Below are positions 1 through 7,771 of a stretch of DNA of 64,000 nt, piece after piece (positions within the stretch are counted from its first letter, which is position 1; every line of letters starts with the position of its first letter). The position numbers and the translations under genes were made by a program. A model generated the notes under the pieces. It did no database searches and was not told the origin of the DNA. It saw nothing but the letters and a program-made list of their open reading frames with translations. This stretch comes from an uncultured Gemmatimonadales bacterium (lineage in GTDB: Bacteria > Gemmatimonadota > Gemmatimonadetes > Longimicrobiales > RSA9), in NCBI GenBank assembly GCA_963816355.1, contig CAWFKH010000003.1, positions 1,504,001 through 1,568,000 of the forward strand. The letters are read 5' to 3'.

Positions 1-66
1 CCGAGCGTTGGATCGGCTGCACGCCGTGATCGTTGGAATTGGCGATCGGATCACGGTGCCCGGGGG

Positions 67-81
67 GCAAGGCGCGTGCCG
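67..81 (-). promoter_or_regulatory. sigma-54-type -24/-12 promoter motif, pointing out of the window to the left
   Basis: Minus strand reads CGGCACGCGCCTTGC (GG-N10-GC, GGCAC...TTGC); AT-rich stretch at ~85-130 lies just upstream. Confidence 0.55.
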
Positions 82-269
82 CGTACGATATCACCATAAA
101 CACCCTGTTGACAAACAGTTACACAGATACCAACCTGCGCCCGGCGCACCCCGGCCGTCCGCTCGTGGGATCCGCCAATCCCGACTTCGGACGCATTGCC
201 GGCGCCGGCAGCACACTTTACGCTGCGGCCGCGAGGGGCGAAGATACAGGGAATCGACGAGGAGACCGG

Positions 270-1328
270 ATGCAGCGAAGCGGGACGAACGAGAAGACGG
301 TGGGCCCGACGGACGGGACCGGAGGGGACGTCGCGATCCGCCGCGGGCCGCTGGAACGACTGCGCAGGCGCGGCCGCGAGCGCGGGTGGTCGCGCGACGG
401 TCGGGACCACCGGCGGCGCAGGCCGGTCGTCGCCAACCGCGGCCTGATGCTGCTCTACGCGGGGCTGCTCGGCGTGTGCGCGTTCACGATCGTGGTCGCG
501 GTGCGCTATCCGGGGAGCGCCTTCGCCGACAAGTTCGCGCCGAACATCGCGTCGGAGTCGATGAGCGCGCTGCTGACGATCGCGGTGGTGCGGCGGCTGC
601 TGGAGCGGCAGGAGCGGGCGCGCCGGCTGCGCGGATCGGTGGGCGCGCTGCGCAAGTCCGGACGGGCGCTGAGCGAGCTGATGGATGCGTGGGCCACGCT
701 CATCAAGGGTGCGCGCGCGTTTGCCTCGCCGGTGCCCGGAACGGCGGACGCTCTCTTCGTGCCGTACGTGACGGAGGACCTCATGCTGATCGATCCTGGC
801 CACGTCCGCGAAGGCGGAGACGAGCCGTACGTGGCGCTGGCCTCGGCGCGGCTGCGCAACGCGCAGGAGCAGCTCAACGGCGTGATCGCGATGTACGGCG
901 CGGACCTGGAGCCGGACTACAAGGAGATGCTCGACGCTCTGATCGACGATCCCTTCATTGCCCTCGTCGCGAAGCTCGCGTCGCAGCCCGCGGAGGCGCG
1001 GACGTGGCGAGTCGCGCTGAACACCGCGCGCGGCCACCGTGAAGTGCACTTCGCGCGGCTGATGAGCGCGTTGCGCATGCACAACGACCTGGCGGGGGAG
1101 GCGGCGCGCTATCGCAGCCACCAGGCGGCGCCGCACTCGGACGTGCTCGGAATCCGCCGCGCCCTCGACCACGACACGCGGGTCGACACGACGCTGTCGC
1201 GCGAGTGGTGGGCGGCCGCGCCGCGGCCGGGGGCGCTGAAGGTACAGACGCCCGAGAAGTCGGCTCGGCATGCCGCGGGACCGGGCGCTCAACGGCCGGA
1301 GGGCGCCGCGCCGCTGACGGGTCTGTAG
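270..1328 (+). CDS. hypothetical membrane protein (two N-terminal hydrophobic segments, soluble helical C-terminal region)
   Basis: ORF 33..1328; ATG at 270 preceded by GAGGAG; hydrophobic LMLLYAGLLGVCAFTIVVAV and SALLTIAVV segments; no family recognised. Confidence 0.7.
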   Translation: MQRSGTNEKTVGPTDGTGGDVAIRRGPLERLRRRGRERGWSRDGRDHRRRRPVVANRGLMLLYAGLLGVCAFTIVVAVRYPGSAFADKFAPNIASESMSALLTIAVVRRLLERQERARRLRGSVGALRKSGRALSELMDAWATLIKGARAFASPVPGTADALFVPYVTEDLMLIDPGHVREGGDEPYVALASARLRNAQEQLNGVIAMYGADLEPDYKEMLDALIDDPFIALVAKLASQPAEARTWRVALNTARGHREVHFARLMSALRMHNDLAGEAARYRSHQAAPHSDVLGIRRALDHDTRVDTTLSREWWAAAPRPGALKVQTPEKSARHAAGPGAQRPEGAAPLTGL

Positions 1329-3166
1329 AGGGCCGCGAGCGTCACGGCGTCGAGGCGGTCGCCGCGGTCGCTTCCCCGCCCCACGAGGACGAAGCGTCCG
1401 CCTCCCGCGTAGCCTTTCACCCACGCCGTGGCGAGACCGTTCTCGTCCGTCGCGAGGACTTCGTCCACGGCCGTCGGCGCCACGCCCCACCCGGAGGTCC
1501 ACCACCCTTCCAGGCCCCAACGTCGGCCCGCGGCCGTAGCCGCCGCGCCGACGCGATCGAAGCGCGCGGCGGCGAAGTCGACGTCGAGCAGACGAGCCGC
1601 TCCCTCGTGGTCCATCCGGGCGTACGGCCCCGGCTCGCCCGTCTTCGGGTCGCGCGGCCAGATCACCGGGGGCACGCCCGGCCAGACCACCGTGCCGCCC
1701 GCCTCCAGGAAGCGGCGCAGCAGGGGCGTGCCCGCGGAATCGGACGCGAGCAACGGCGGCGCGAGGTGATCGAGCGCGAACACGACGACGTCGGCGGCCG
1801 CCTCCCCGCTCGCCGACTCCGCCGCCATCCAGCGGCCGAGCGAGGCCGCGTCCATGCGCGCGAAGCCGCGCTGCACGAGACCATCCCGCAGCGCGACGTG
1901 GTCCTCCGTCCACGCCGACCGCACGTAGGCGCTGTCCCAGAACACGACCCGCTGCAGCGCCCGCGCACCGCCCGCAACCGCATAGACGCCGCCGTCCTCG
2001 CTCCCGAACACGACGACGCCGTCGGCCGCCGCGGGCGCGTCGCGTACACCGCCGCCGGCGCGGAAGCTCCAGAGCGTATCGCCGCGTTGCGCGTCCAGCG
2101 CCAGGAGATCGCCGGCACCGTCGCCCACGTAGACGACGCCGCCGGCGACGGCGGGCGAGGACCAGACCGATGCCGGCGTGGTGAAGCGCCAGCGCTCGCG
2201 GCCGCTCACGGCGTCCACCGCCTGGACGAAGTGGCCGTCGGAGCTGCCGTCGAAGACGAGGCCGCCGGCGACCGCGGGCGAGCTGTTGACCCAGGAGACC
2301 TGGTGATCGAAGCGCCAGCGCATTGCGCCGGAGTCCGCGTCGATGGCGTAGAGAAAGCCGTCGCGAGCCCCGACGTAGACGAGCCCGTCGGCGACCGCCG
2401 GCGAAGATTGCACCGTCTTGCGGTCGAAGCCGAACGTGTCGCTGTCGAGGGTGCGGCCGAAGGTGTCGAAGCGCCAGGCGCGCCGCCCCGACTCGACGTC
2501 GAATGCGTACACGCTGCCGTCCGCGCTGCCGACGTAGGCGCGCCCGTTCGCGACCGCCGGCGAGGAGCGGACGCGGCCTTCCGTGGGTGCGCTCCACTCC
2601 TCCTCGCCCGTGCGCGCGTCGAAAGCGTGGAGTCCGCCATCGCCACCGCCGACGAGCACGCGGCCGGCGGCGAGGACCGGCGAAGAGACGTAGATGTCGC
2701 CGGACGTGAAGGGCCACGCGAACGGGACATCGGCGCCCGTCGACGCGCGCCACGCGACGTCGCCACCGTCGGCGCGAAGCGCGAACACGTCGCCGTTCCT
2801 CGTCTGCGCGTAGACGAGCCCGCTTCCGACCGCCGGCGACGAGGTCACGGCGGAACCCAGGGGGCGGGACCAGCGGGGGATGCCGGTGGCGAGGTCGAGC
2901 GCGTAGAGCGTGCCGTCGGAGCTGCCGATGTAGACGACGTCCCCGGCGATCGCAGGGCTTGATCGCACGGGACCGCCGGTGCGAAACCGCCAGCGGAGCC
3001 CGCCGAAGCGGCGCACGGGCCGGACGTCGTAGACGCCCAGGTGCGCGGGACCGCCGCGGAACATCGCGCTCGCCGACGTCGCCGCCTCCCGGGGCGGGGC
3101 CGGCGCATCGGCGCACGCGGCGGCCACGGGAAGCAGCAGGGTCAGCGTGCGGCCGAGCGGCGTCAT
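1289..3166 (-). CDS. PQQ-like (BamB-type) beta-propeller repeat lipoprotein with extra C-terminal alpha/beta domain
   Basis: Repeated SSPAVxxGxVYVGxxDGxLYAxDxxxGxxxW motifs; lipobox-like VAAAC; start MTPLGRT after GAGGAG. Confidence 0.85.
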   Translation of the reverse strand: MTPLGRTLTLLLPVAAACADAPAPPREAATSASAMFRGGPAHLGVYDVRPVRRFGGLRWRFRTGGPVRSSPAIAGDVVYIGSSDGTLYALDLATGIPRWSRPLGSAVTSSPAVGSGLVYAQTRNGDVFALRADGGDVAWRASTGADVPFAWPFTSGDIYVSSPVLAAGRVLVGGGDGGLHAFDARTGEEEWSAPTEGRVRSSPAVANGRAYVGSADGSVYAFDVESGRRAWRFDTFGRTLDSDTFGFDRKTVQSSPAVADGLVYVGARDGFLYAIDADSGAMRWRFDHQVSWVNSSPAVAGGLVFDGSSDGHFVQAVDAVSGRERWRFTTPASVWSSPAVAGGVVYVGDGAGDLLALDAQRGDTLWSFRAGGGVRDAPAAADGVVVFGSEDGGVYAVAGGARALQRVVFWDSAYVRSAWTEDHVALRDGLVQRGFARMDAASLGRWMAAESASGEAAADVVVFALDHLAPPLLASDSAGTPLLRRFLEAGGTVVWPGVPPVIWPRDPKTGEPGPYARMDHEGAARLLDVDFAAARFDRVGAAATAAGRRWGLEGWWTSGWGVAPTAVDEVLATDENGLATAWVKGYAGGGRFVLVGRGSDRGDRLDAVTLAALYRPVSGAAPSGR

Positions 3167-3423
3167 TGGCTCCTCCCCGGGACGATGGTCAGGATGCGTC
3201 CTTCCTTGCGTCGCTTGTACAGGAGCAGGTCTCCCACGTCGAACCTCCCATCCTGATTGGCGTTGCGGTCGAGATAATCGCGCGTCGCGGCGTCGAGGCC
3301 GCCGCCGTCGGCCGTCAGGCTGGCGCGCAGGTCGTCGTCGCTCAGATCGAGGTCGGTGACCGTCACGTCGAAGTGGTCGACCAGGCGATGGCCGCCGGCG
3401 TAGTCGCACGTCGAAAAGTCCAC
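3163..3423 (-). CDS. small protein with one dockerin/EF-hand-like Ca-binding motif, possibly a gene remnant
   Basis: DRNANQDGRFDVGDLLLY motif; GTG start after purine-rich RBS; stop overlaps next start (ATGA). Confidence 0.5.
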   Translation of the reverse strand: MDFSTCDYAGGHRLVDHFDVTVTDLDLSDDDLRASLTADGGGLDAATRDYLDRNANQDGRFDVGDLLLYKRRKEGRILTIVPGRSQ

Positions 3424-3543
3424 TCCCCTTTCTCGAGTACGCCCGAGGAACGCGCACGGCGGCTTCGACGTGACGGCGCACGGTCGCGGCCTCGCCGCGT
3501 CGACCGCCCGCGCGCCCTCCACTTGACCGGCCGGCGGCCGCGA

Positions 3544-3562
3544 TATACTCATGAAGAGTATA
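3544..3562. promoter_or_regulatory. inverted repeat TATACTC-N5-GAGTATA, probable PadR operator overlapping a -10 element
   Basis: Perfect 7-bp AT-rich palindrome 23 nt upstream of padR ATG; TTGACC at 3523-3528. Confidence 0.65.
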
Positions 3563-3585
3563 GCCGCCCTTCCGCGACGGGATCC

Positions 3586-3921
3586 ATGAGATCGGAACCG
3601 CTGACCGCTGTTGAGATGCTCACGCTATCGGCGCTGTCGCAGGGCGCGCTGTATGGCTATGCGATCGCCGTACGGATCGAGGATCTGAGCGGGGGGCGAG
3701 TCGCCGTCCGGCCCGGAAATCTGTATCGCGTTCTGGACCGGCTCGAGCGGCGAGGCCTCGTGGCGCCCGCGGCGGCGCCGGAGGGGGAGGGGGAGGAGGA
3801 CGAGCGGCGCCGGTATTTCCGAGCGACGAAGGCAGGGCGCCGTGCGGCGGCGGACCAGCTGGCCATGTTCGGAGCGGTGCTGCGGGAGTCCCCCACGCTT
3901 CGGGCACTGGTGGGGCCGTGA
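3586..3921 (+). CDS. PadR family transcriptional regulator
   Basis: LYGYAI...GNLYRVLDRLERRGLV...RRRYFRATKAG wHTH signature. Confidence 0.9.
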   Translation: MRSEPLTAVEMLTLSALSQGALYGYAIAVRIEDLSGGRVAVRPGNLYRVLDRLERRGLVAPAAAPEGEGEEDERRRYFRATKAGRRAAADQLAMFGAVLRESPTLRALVGP

Positions 3922-6491
3922 GGGGGCGCTCACGCACGGGAACGTGGCGCGTGCTCCGCCGCCTCCTGCCTCCGGAGTTCCGGGAGCGCTACGCGCAGGA
4001 GATTCTGATGGACCACGAAGCCCGCGGCAGCAGCCGGGCCGTGTTGGCTTGGGACGTACTCCTCACGGCGGTCGGTGCCCGCCTGGACGGTCGTCGCCGC
4101 GCGGTGGCGGAACGGCGGGGGATTGCCGGCGGTTCCTGGCTCGGGCGTGCGGGCGATGGTGGGATGCGAAACGTTGGTTATGCGTTTCGCAAGCTGCGGC
4201 GCGGGCCGGGCTTCGCGATTGCGGCGATACTGACGCTGGCACTCGGGATCGGTGCGAATACGGCCGCCTTCTCGGTGATGTACGGCATGTTGCTGCGGCC
4301 GCTGCCGTACCCGCACGGTGAGCGGCTGGCGTGGGTGGCGACGCAGGACATCACTCCGGAGAATCTGCAGGATTGGCGCGAGGCGCTATCCGGGTTCGAG
4401 CGCCTGGAGGCCTTCACGGTGTTGTCGCGGGAGACGCGCGGCCAGGAGGGGACGCGGACGGTTCGCGGCATGGCCGTCACGCGCTCGTTCCTGCAGCTGC
4501 TTGGGGCGCGCGTGGCGGAAGGCAGGCTCTTCACGCCGGAGGAGTCGAGCGGCGCGGGTGGCCACGCGGTGCTGCTGAGCGAGCGAGGGCGGGAGGCTGT
4601 GGGCGGCATCGCTGTGGGGCAGCAGATCCGACTGGGGGAGGACGGTTACACGGTAGTCGGGGTCCTGCCGCGGTCGTTCGAGGGACTCGGCTACGAGGCG
4701 GACTTCTGGGTTCCGGTCGCCGAGCTCGATGACGCGCACCTGAACGGCATCGGTCTGCTGCGTCCCGGCGTGGAGGTCGCGCTGGTGCGGGCGCAGGCGT
4801 CCGCGCTGCTGGCGCGGCTGCACCCGGAGCGGAAGGCGGCGCAGAACCGCGCCAACATCGACACGCTGCGCACGATCTTCAGTGGGGACGTTCGCGCACC
4901 GGTGCTGATCCTGTTCGCGGCGGCCACCCTGGTGCTGCTGATGGCGTGCATCAACGTGGCGAGTCTGTTGCTCGCACGCGCCGCCGGCCGCATCGGGGAG
5001 CTTGCCATGCGATCTGCGCTGGGCGCGACGCGCGGCACGCTGCTGGGACAGCTTCTGGTCGAAACCGGGGTGCTCGCCGCGCTGGGCGGGGCGGCGGGGC
5101 TCGGTCTGGCGTGGCTGCTCATCGAGCACACGCCGGGCGCGTCTCCGGCGCCCTATCTCGGGAAGTCGCTGGGCACGGTGCATGTCGGCATTGCACCCGC
5201 CATGTTCGCGCTCACCGTGACCCTTCTCACGAGCGTAGGTGCGGGCGCGGCGCCCGCGTTCACGGCGTTGCGACGGGCGCATCCCGCCTCCTCCGCGGGC
5301 GCTCGTGCCACCGGCACGCGCGGCGCCCAGGGCTGGACCGCCGGCTTCGTCACGCTCGAGGTGGCGCTGTCGTTCGTGCTGCTCGCGAGCACGCTGCTGC
5401 TGGTGCGCTCCTATGCCGCGCTGCGGCCCACGGATCCCGGCTTCGAGCCGCGGGACCGCGTCGCGGTGTCGCTCGGTCTACCGGCGCCCGAGCCGCGCTA
5501 CGTCCGGCAGGTCGAGGCCGCGGCGAGCGCGCTCGAGCGCTCCGTGCCTGGCGCGCGCGCCGCGGCGATCTCGTTCCTGCCGATGACGGGAATGGTGACG
5601 ACGGCCACCGTGCGGGCCGTGGACGGCGTTCCCCTCGAGGGCAACGGCGCGTCCATCCACGTTCAATCGGTCACGCCCGGATACTTCGACGTGGCCGGCA
5701 TGCGTCGGCTCGCGGGCCGCGACCTGGCGGAGGCGGACGGCGACGGCCCCGGCACGATCGTGATCAACCGCAGCGTTGCGGAGCGGCTGTGGCCCGGCAA
5801 GGCCGCAGCGACGGGACACCGCATTCTCGTCGAGCACCTCCACGATACGGAGGAATTGACCGTCGTGGGGGTGGTGGCGGACGTGCGCGGCCCCGGCCCG
5901 GCGCCGCCGCAATGGCTCGAGGCGTACGTGCCGATGGTGCGCGCGCCGATGCGCTCCGCCTACCTCATGGTACATCTGCCGCCCGGCGCGCGACTCTCGG
6001 AGCGCCGGGTCCAGCGGATCGTGGCGGAGATCGATCCACGGATTGCCGTGGATGAGGTCGTGAGGCTGGAAGACGTGGCGGCGAACGCGGTGTACCGGCC
6101 GCGCTACCAGATGCTGGCCATGAGTTCGTTCGGCGTCATCGCCCTGCTTCTCGCGGTCCTGGGCTGTTACGGCGTGCTGGCCAACTGGGTGAGCGGGCGT
6201 CGCCGCGAAATCGGCATCCGCCGCGCGCTGGGCGCCGCCCCGTCCGTCATCGTCGGCCTCGTCATGCGCCGCGGCGCCCTGCTGATCGGGACCGGCCTCG
6301 CCGCGGGCGCGTTGCTGACGCTTGCCGGCACGCGCATCCTGCGAAGCAGCCTCTACGGCGTCAGCCCCATGGACCCGCTCGCGCTCACGGCGGCGGCGGT
6401 CGTGCTGGTGGTGGTCACGGCAGCGGCCGTGTTCCTGCCTGCCCGTCGCGCCGCACGCGTCCCGCCGACGGAGTCATTGACGGAACAGTAG
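3918..6491 (+). CDS. ADOP-family (duplicated MacB/FtsX) ABC transporter permease
   Basis: PGFAIAAILTLALGIGANTAAFS, two 'ELAMRSALGA'/'EIGIRRALGA' FtsX motifs, PARRAARVPP end; adjacent PadR gene. Confidence 0.9.
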   Translation: MRGRSRTGTWRVLRRLLPPEFRERYAQEILMDHEARGSSRAVLAWDVLLTAVGARLDGRRRAVAERRGIAGGSWLGRAGDGGMRNVGYAFRKLRRGPGFAIAAILTLALGIGANTAAFSVMYGMLLRPLPYPHGERLAWVATQDITPENLQDWREALSGFERLEAFTVLSRETRGQEGTRTVRGMAVTRSFLQLLGARVAEGRLFTPEESSGAGGHAVLLSERGREAVGGIAVGQQIRLGEDGYTVVGVLPRSFEGLGYEADFWVPVAELDDAHLNGIGLLRPGVEVALVRAQASALLARLHPERKAAQNRANIDTLRTIFSGDVRAPVLILFAAATLVLLMACINVASLLLARAAGRIGELAMRSALGATRGTLLGQLLVETGVLAALGGAAGLGLAWLLIEHTPGASPAPYLGKSLGTVHVGIAPAMFALTVTLLTSVGAGAAPAFTALRRAHPASSAGARATGTRGAQGWTAGFVTLEVALSFVLLASTLLLVRSYAALRPTDPGFEPRDRVAVSLGLPAPEPRYVRQVEAAASALERSVPGARAAAISFLPMTGMVTTATVRAVDGVPLEGNGASIHVQSVTPGYFDVAGMRRLAGRDLAEADGDGPGTIVINRSVAERLWPGKAAATGHRILVEHLHDTEELTVVGVVADVRGPGPAPPQWLEAYVPMVRAPMRSAYLMVHLPPGARLSERRVQRIVAEIDPRIAVDEVVRLEDVAANAVYRPRYQMLAMSSFGVIALLLAVLGCYGVLANWVSGRRREIGIRRALGAAPSVIVGLVMRRGALLIGTGLAAGALLTLAGTRILRSSLYGVSPMDPLALTAAAVVLVVVTAAAVFLPARRAARVPPTESLTEQ

Positions 6492-6569
6492 CGGGATCGG
6501 GTGTTTGGCCGGACCTGTAAGCCGGCCCTTCCGCGCGCCGGAGGGGCCGACCCGTTGTGCGGCTTCGAG

Positions 6570-6641
6570 TAGCAGGGGAGGGACTCGAACCCCCAACCGA
6601 CGGATTATGACTCCGCTGCTCTACCGTTGAGCTACCCTGCC
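6570..6641 (-). tRNA. tRNA with CAT anticodon, most likely elongator tRNA-Met; CCA not encoded
   Basis: Cloverleaf GGCAGGG/CCCTGCT acceptor, GCTC-GAGC D arm, GCGGA-GTCATAA-TCCGT anticodon arm, GGGGG-TTCGAGT-CCCTC T arm. Confidence 0.92.
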
Positions 6642-6659
6642 CCGTTCTGCGGCGTGCAA

Positions 6660-6688
6660 ATCCTAGCGGAAGGCCGGAGGGGGGTCAA
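6660..6688 (-). promoter_or_regulatory. sigma-70-type promoter of the tRNA
   Basis: TTGACC-17 nt-TAGGAT on minus strand directly upstream of the tRNA. Confidence 0.7.
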
Positions 6689-6717
6689 GCGATTCGAACG
6701 ACCCGGCGTCCTCGCTC

Positions 6718-7134
6718 TCAGCGGTGGTTCCGCAGCAGCAGCTCGTTGCCGGGCGGGTTGTCGAGGCTGACGAGGAGGAGGTCGCCGCCGGAGAAGGTCA
6801 TGCTCCACGTGATGCTCTCCCCGGAGATCGTCATCTCGAGGGTGCCGTTCTCCTCCCGATAGGTGCCGCTCATGACGAGGGGGTCGGTCGGCTCGCCGGG
6901 ATACGTGACGGTCCCGTCGACGGAGAAGGTGCGGTCGCCGCGGAAGACGGCGGTTCCGGTCATCGTGCCGGTGACGCCGGACTCGGTGAAGCGGACCAGG
7001 TCCCAGGTGCCGGCCAGCGTCCGTCCCGCGTCCGTCGGGCTGGAGCACGCGGCGAGTGCGATCACCGATGCGGCGGTCACGAGAACCCTCGCTCGAACGG
7101 CGAAGGCGAAGCGCGGAATTCGGGTGGCGGGCAT
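6718..7134 (-). CDS. lipocalin-like lipoprotein
   Basis: Lipobox IALAAC; LAGTWDLV (GxW) motif; beta-strand-rich sequence with GTY repeat. Confidence 0.7.
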   Translation of the reverse strand: MPATRIPRFAFAVRARVLVTAASVIALAACSSPTDAGRTLAGTWDLVRFTESGVTGTMTGTAVFRGDRTFSVDGTVTYPGEPTDPLVMSGTYREENGTLEMTISGESITWSMTFSGGDLLLVSLDNPPGNELLLRNHR

Positions 7135-7286
7135 GGCGTCGGCTCCTGGTCGGCGGAGTGCGTGGAGCGTGCTCCACCACGATCGTGTGCCACGCACCAC
7201 TCCGCCGTCGGGAAAAACCGTCAATCCTGTAATCGCGCCCCGGCCACGCCGGCCGCGCCGGGGGTCACCGCGACGGCGTCGCGCGC

Positions 7287-7709
7287 CTACGCCTCGGCGC
7301 CCGGGACGCGCCCCCGCTCGAAGTGCAGGCCGGACTCGCGCAGAAGCGCCTGCCAGCGATCGCGCACCCACGAGTCGAGCTGGCGCCGCATCGCACGTTC
7401 GCGGTCGTCGCTGACGGCGGGCTCCTCCGGCGACTGCGGCGCGTCGACGGCGATGAAGGGGTCGCCGCGGTTGAAGCGGGCGCGCGCCACGCAGAGCACC
7501 TCGTCGCCGTACAGGTCCTCGCCGGCGAGACGGTCACGCCACGCCTCGGGTACGTCGTCGGCGCTGAAGTAGAAGCGGATCTCTTCGGGCTGCTCGTCGT
7601 CCCAATCGAAGCCGCCGTCGTCGGGGCCGAGCTCATCCGCGGTGCGCCCGAGGATCTCCCACTGCTCGGTGGTGACCGGCGTGCCGATGTCGAGATTGCG
7701 CTGCTCCAT
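7287..7709 (-). CDS. acidic hypothetical protein
   Basis: ATG after GGAGG; normal non-shadow amino-acid composition (MEQRNLDIG...). Confidence 0.7.
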   Translation of the reverse strand: MEQRNLDIGTPVTTEQWEILGRTADELGPDDGGFDWDDEQPEEIRFYFSADDVPEAWRDRLAGEDLYGDEVLCVARARFNRGDPFIAVDAPQSPEEPAVSDDRERAMRRQLDSWVRDRWQALLRESGLHFERGRVPGAEA

Positions 7710-7771
7710 CCGTTGCCTCCTGAGGGGTCGGAGCAGGGGGCTCGCAATCGCCATTCCAGCCGACCCGCGCG

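Noticed and set aside
6505..6530. CCTGTAAGCCGG, resembling the reverse complement of the RNase P RNA 3' end
   Set aside because: Only ~80 nt lie between the permease stop and the tRNA, and no 5' GAGGAAAGTCC motif or rest of rnpB is present
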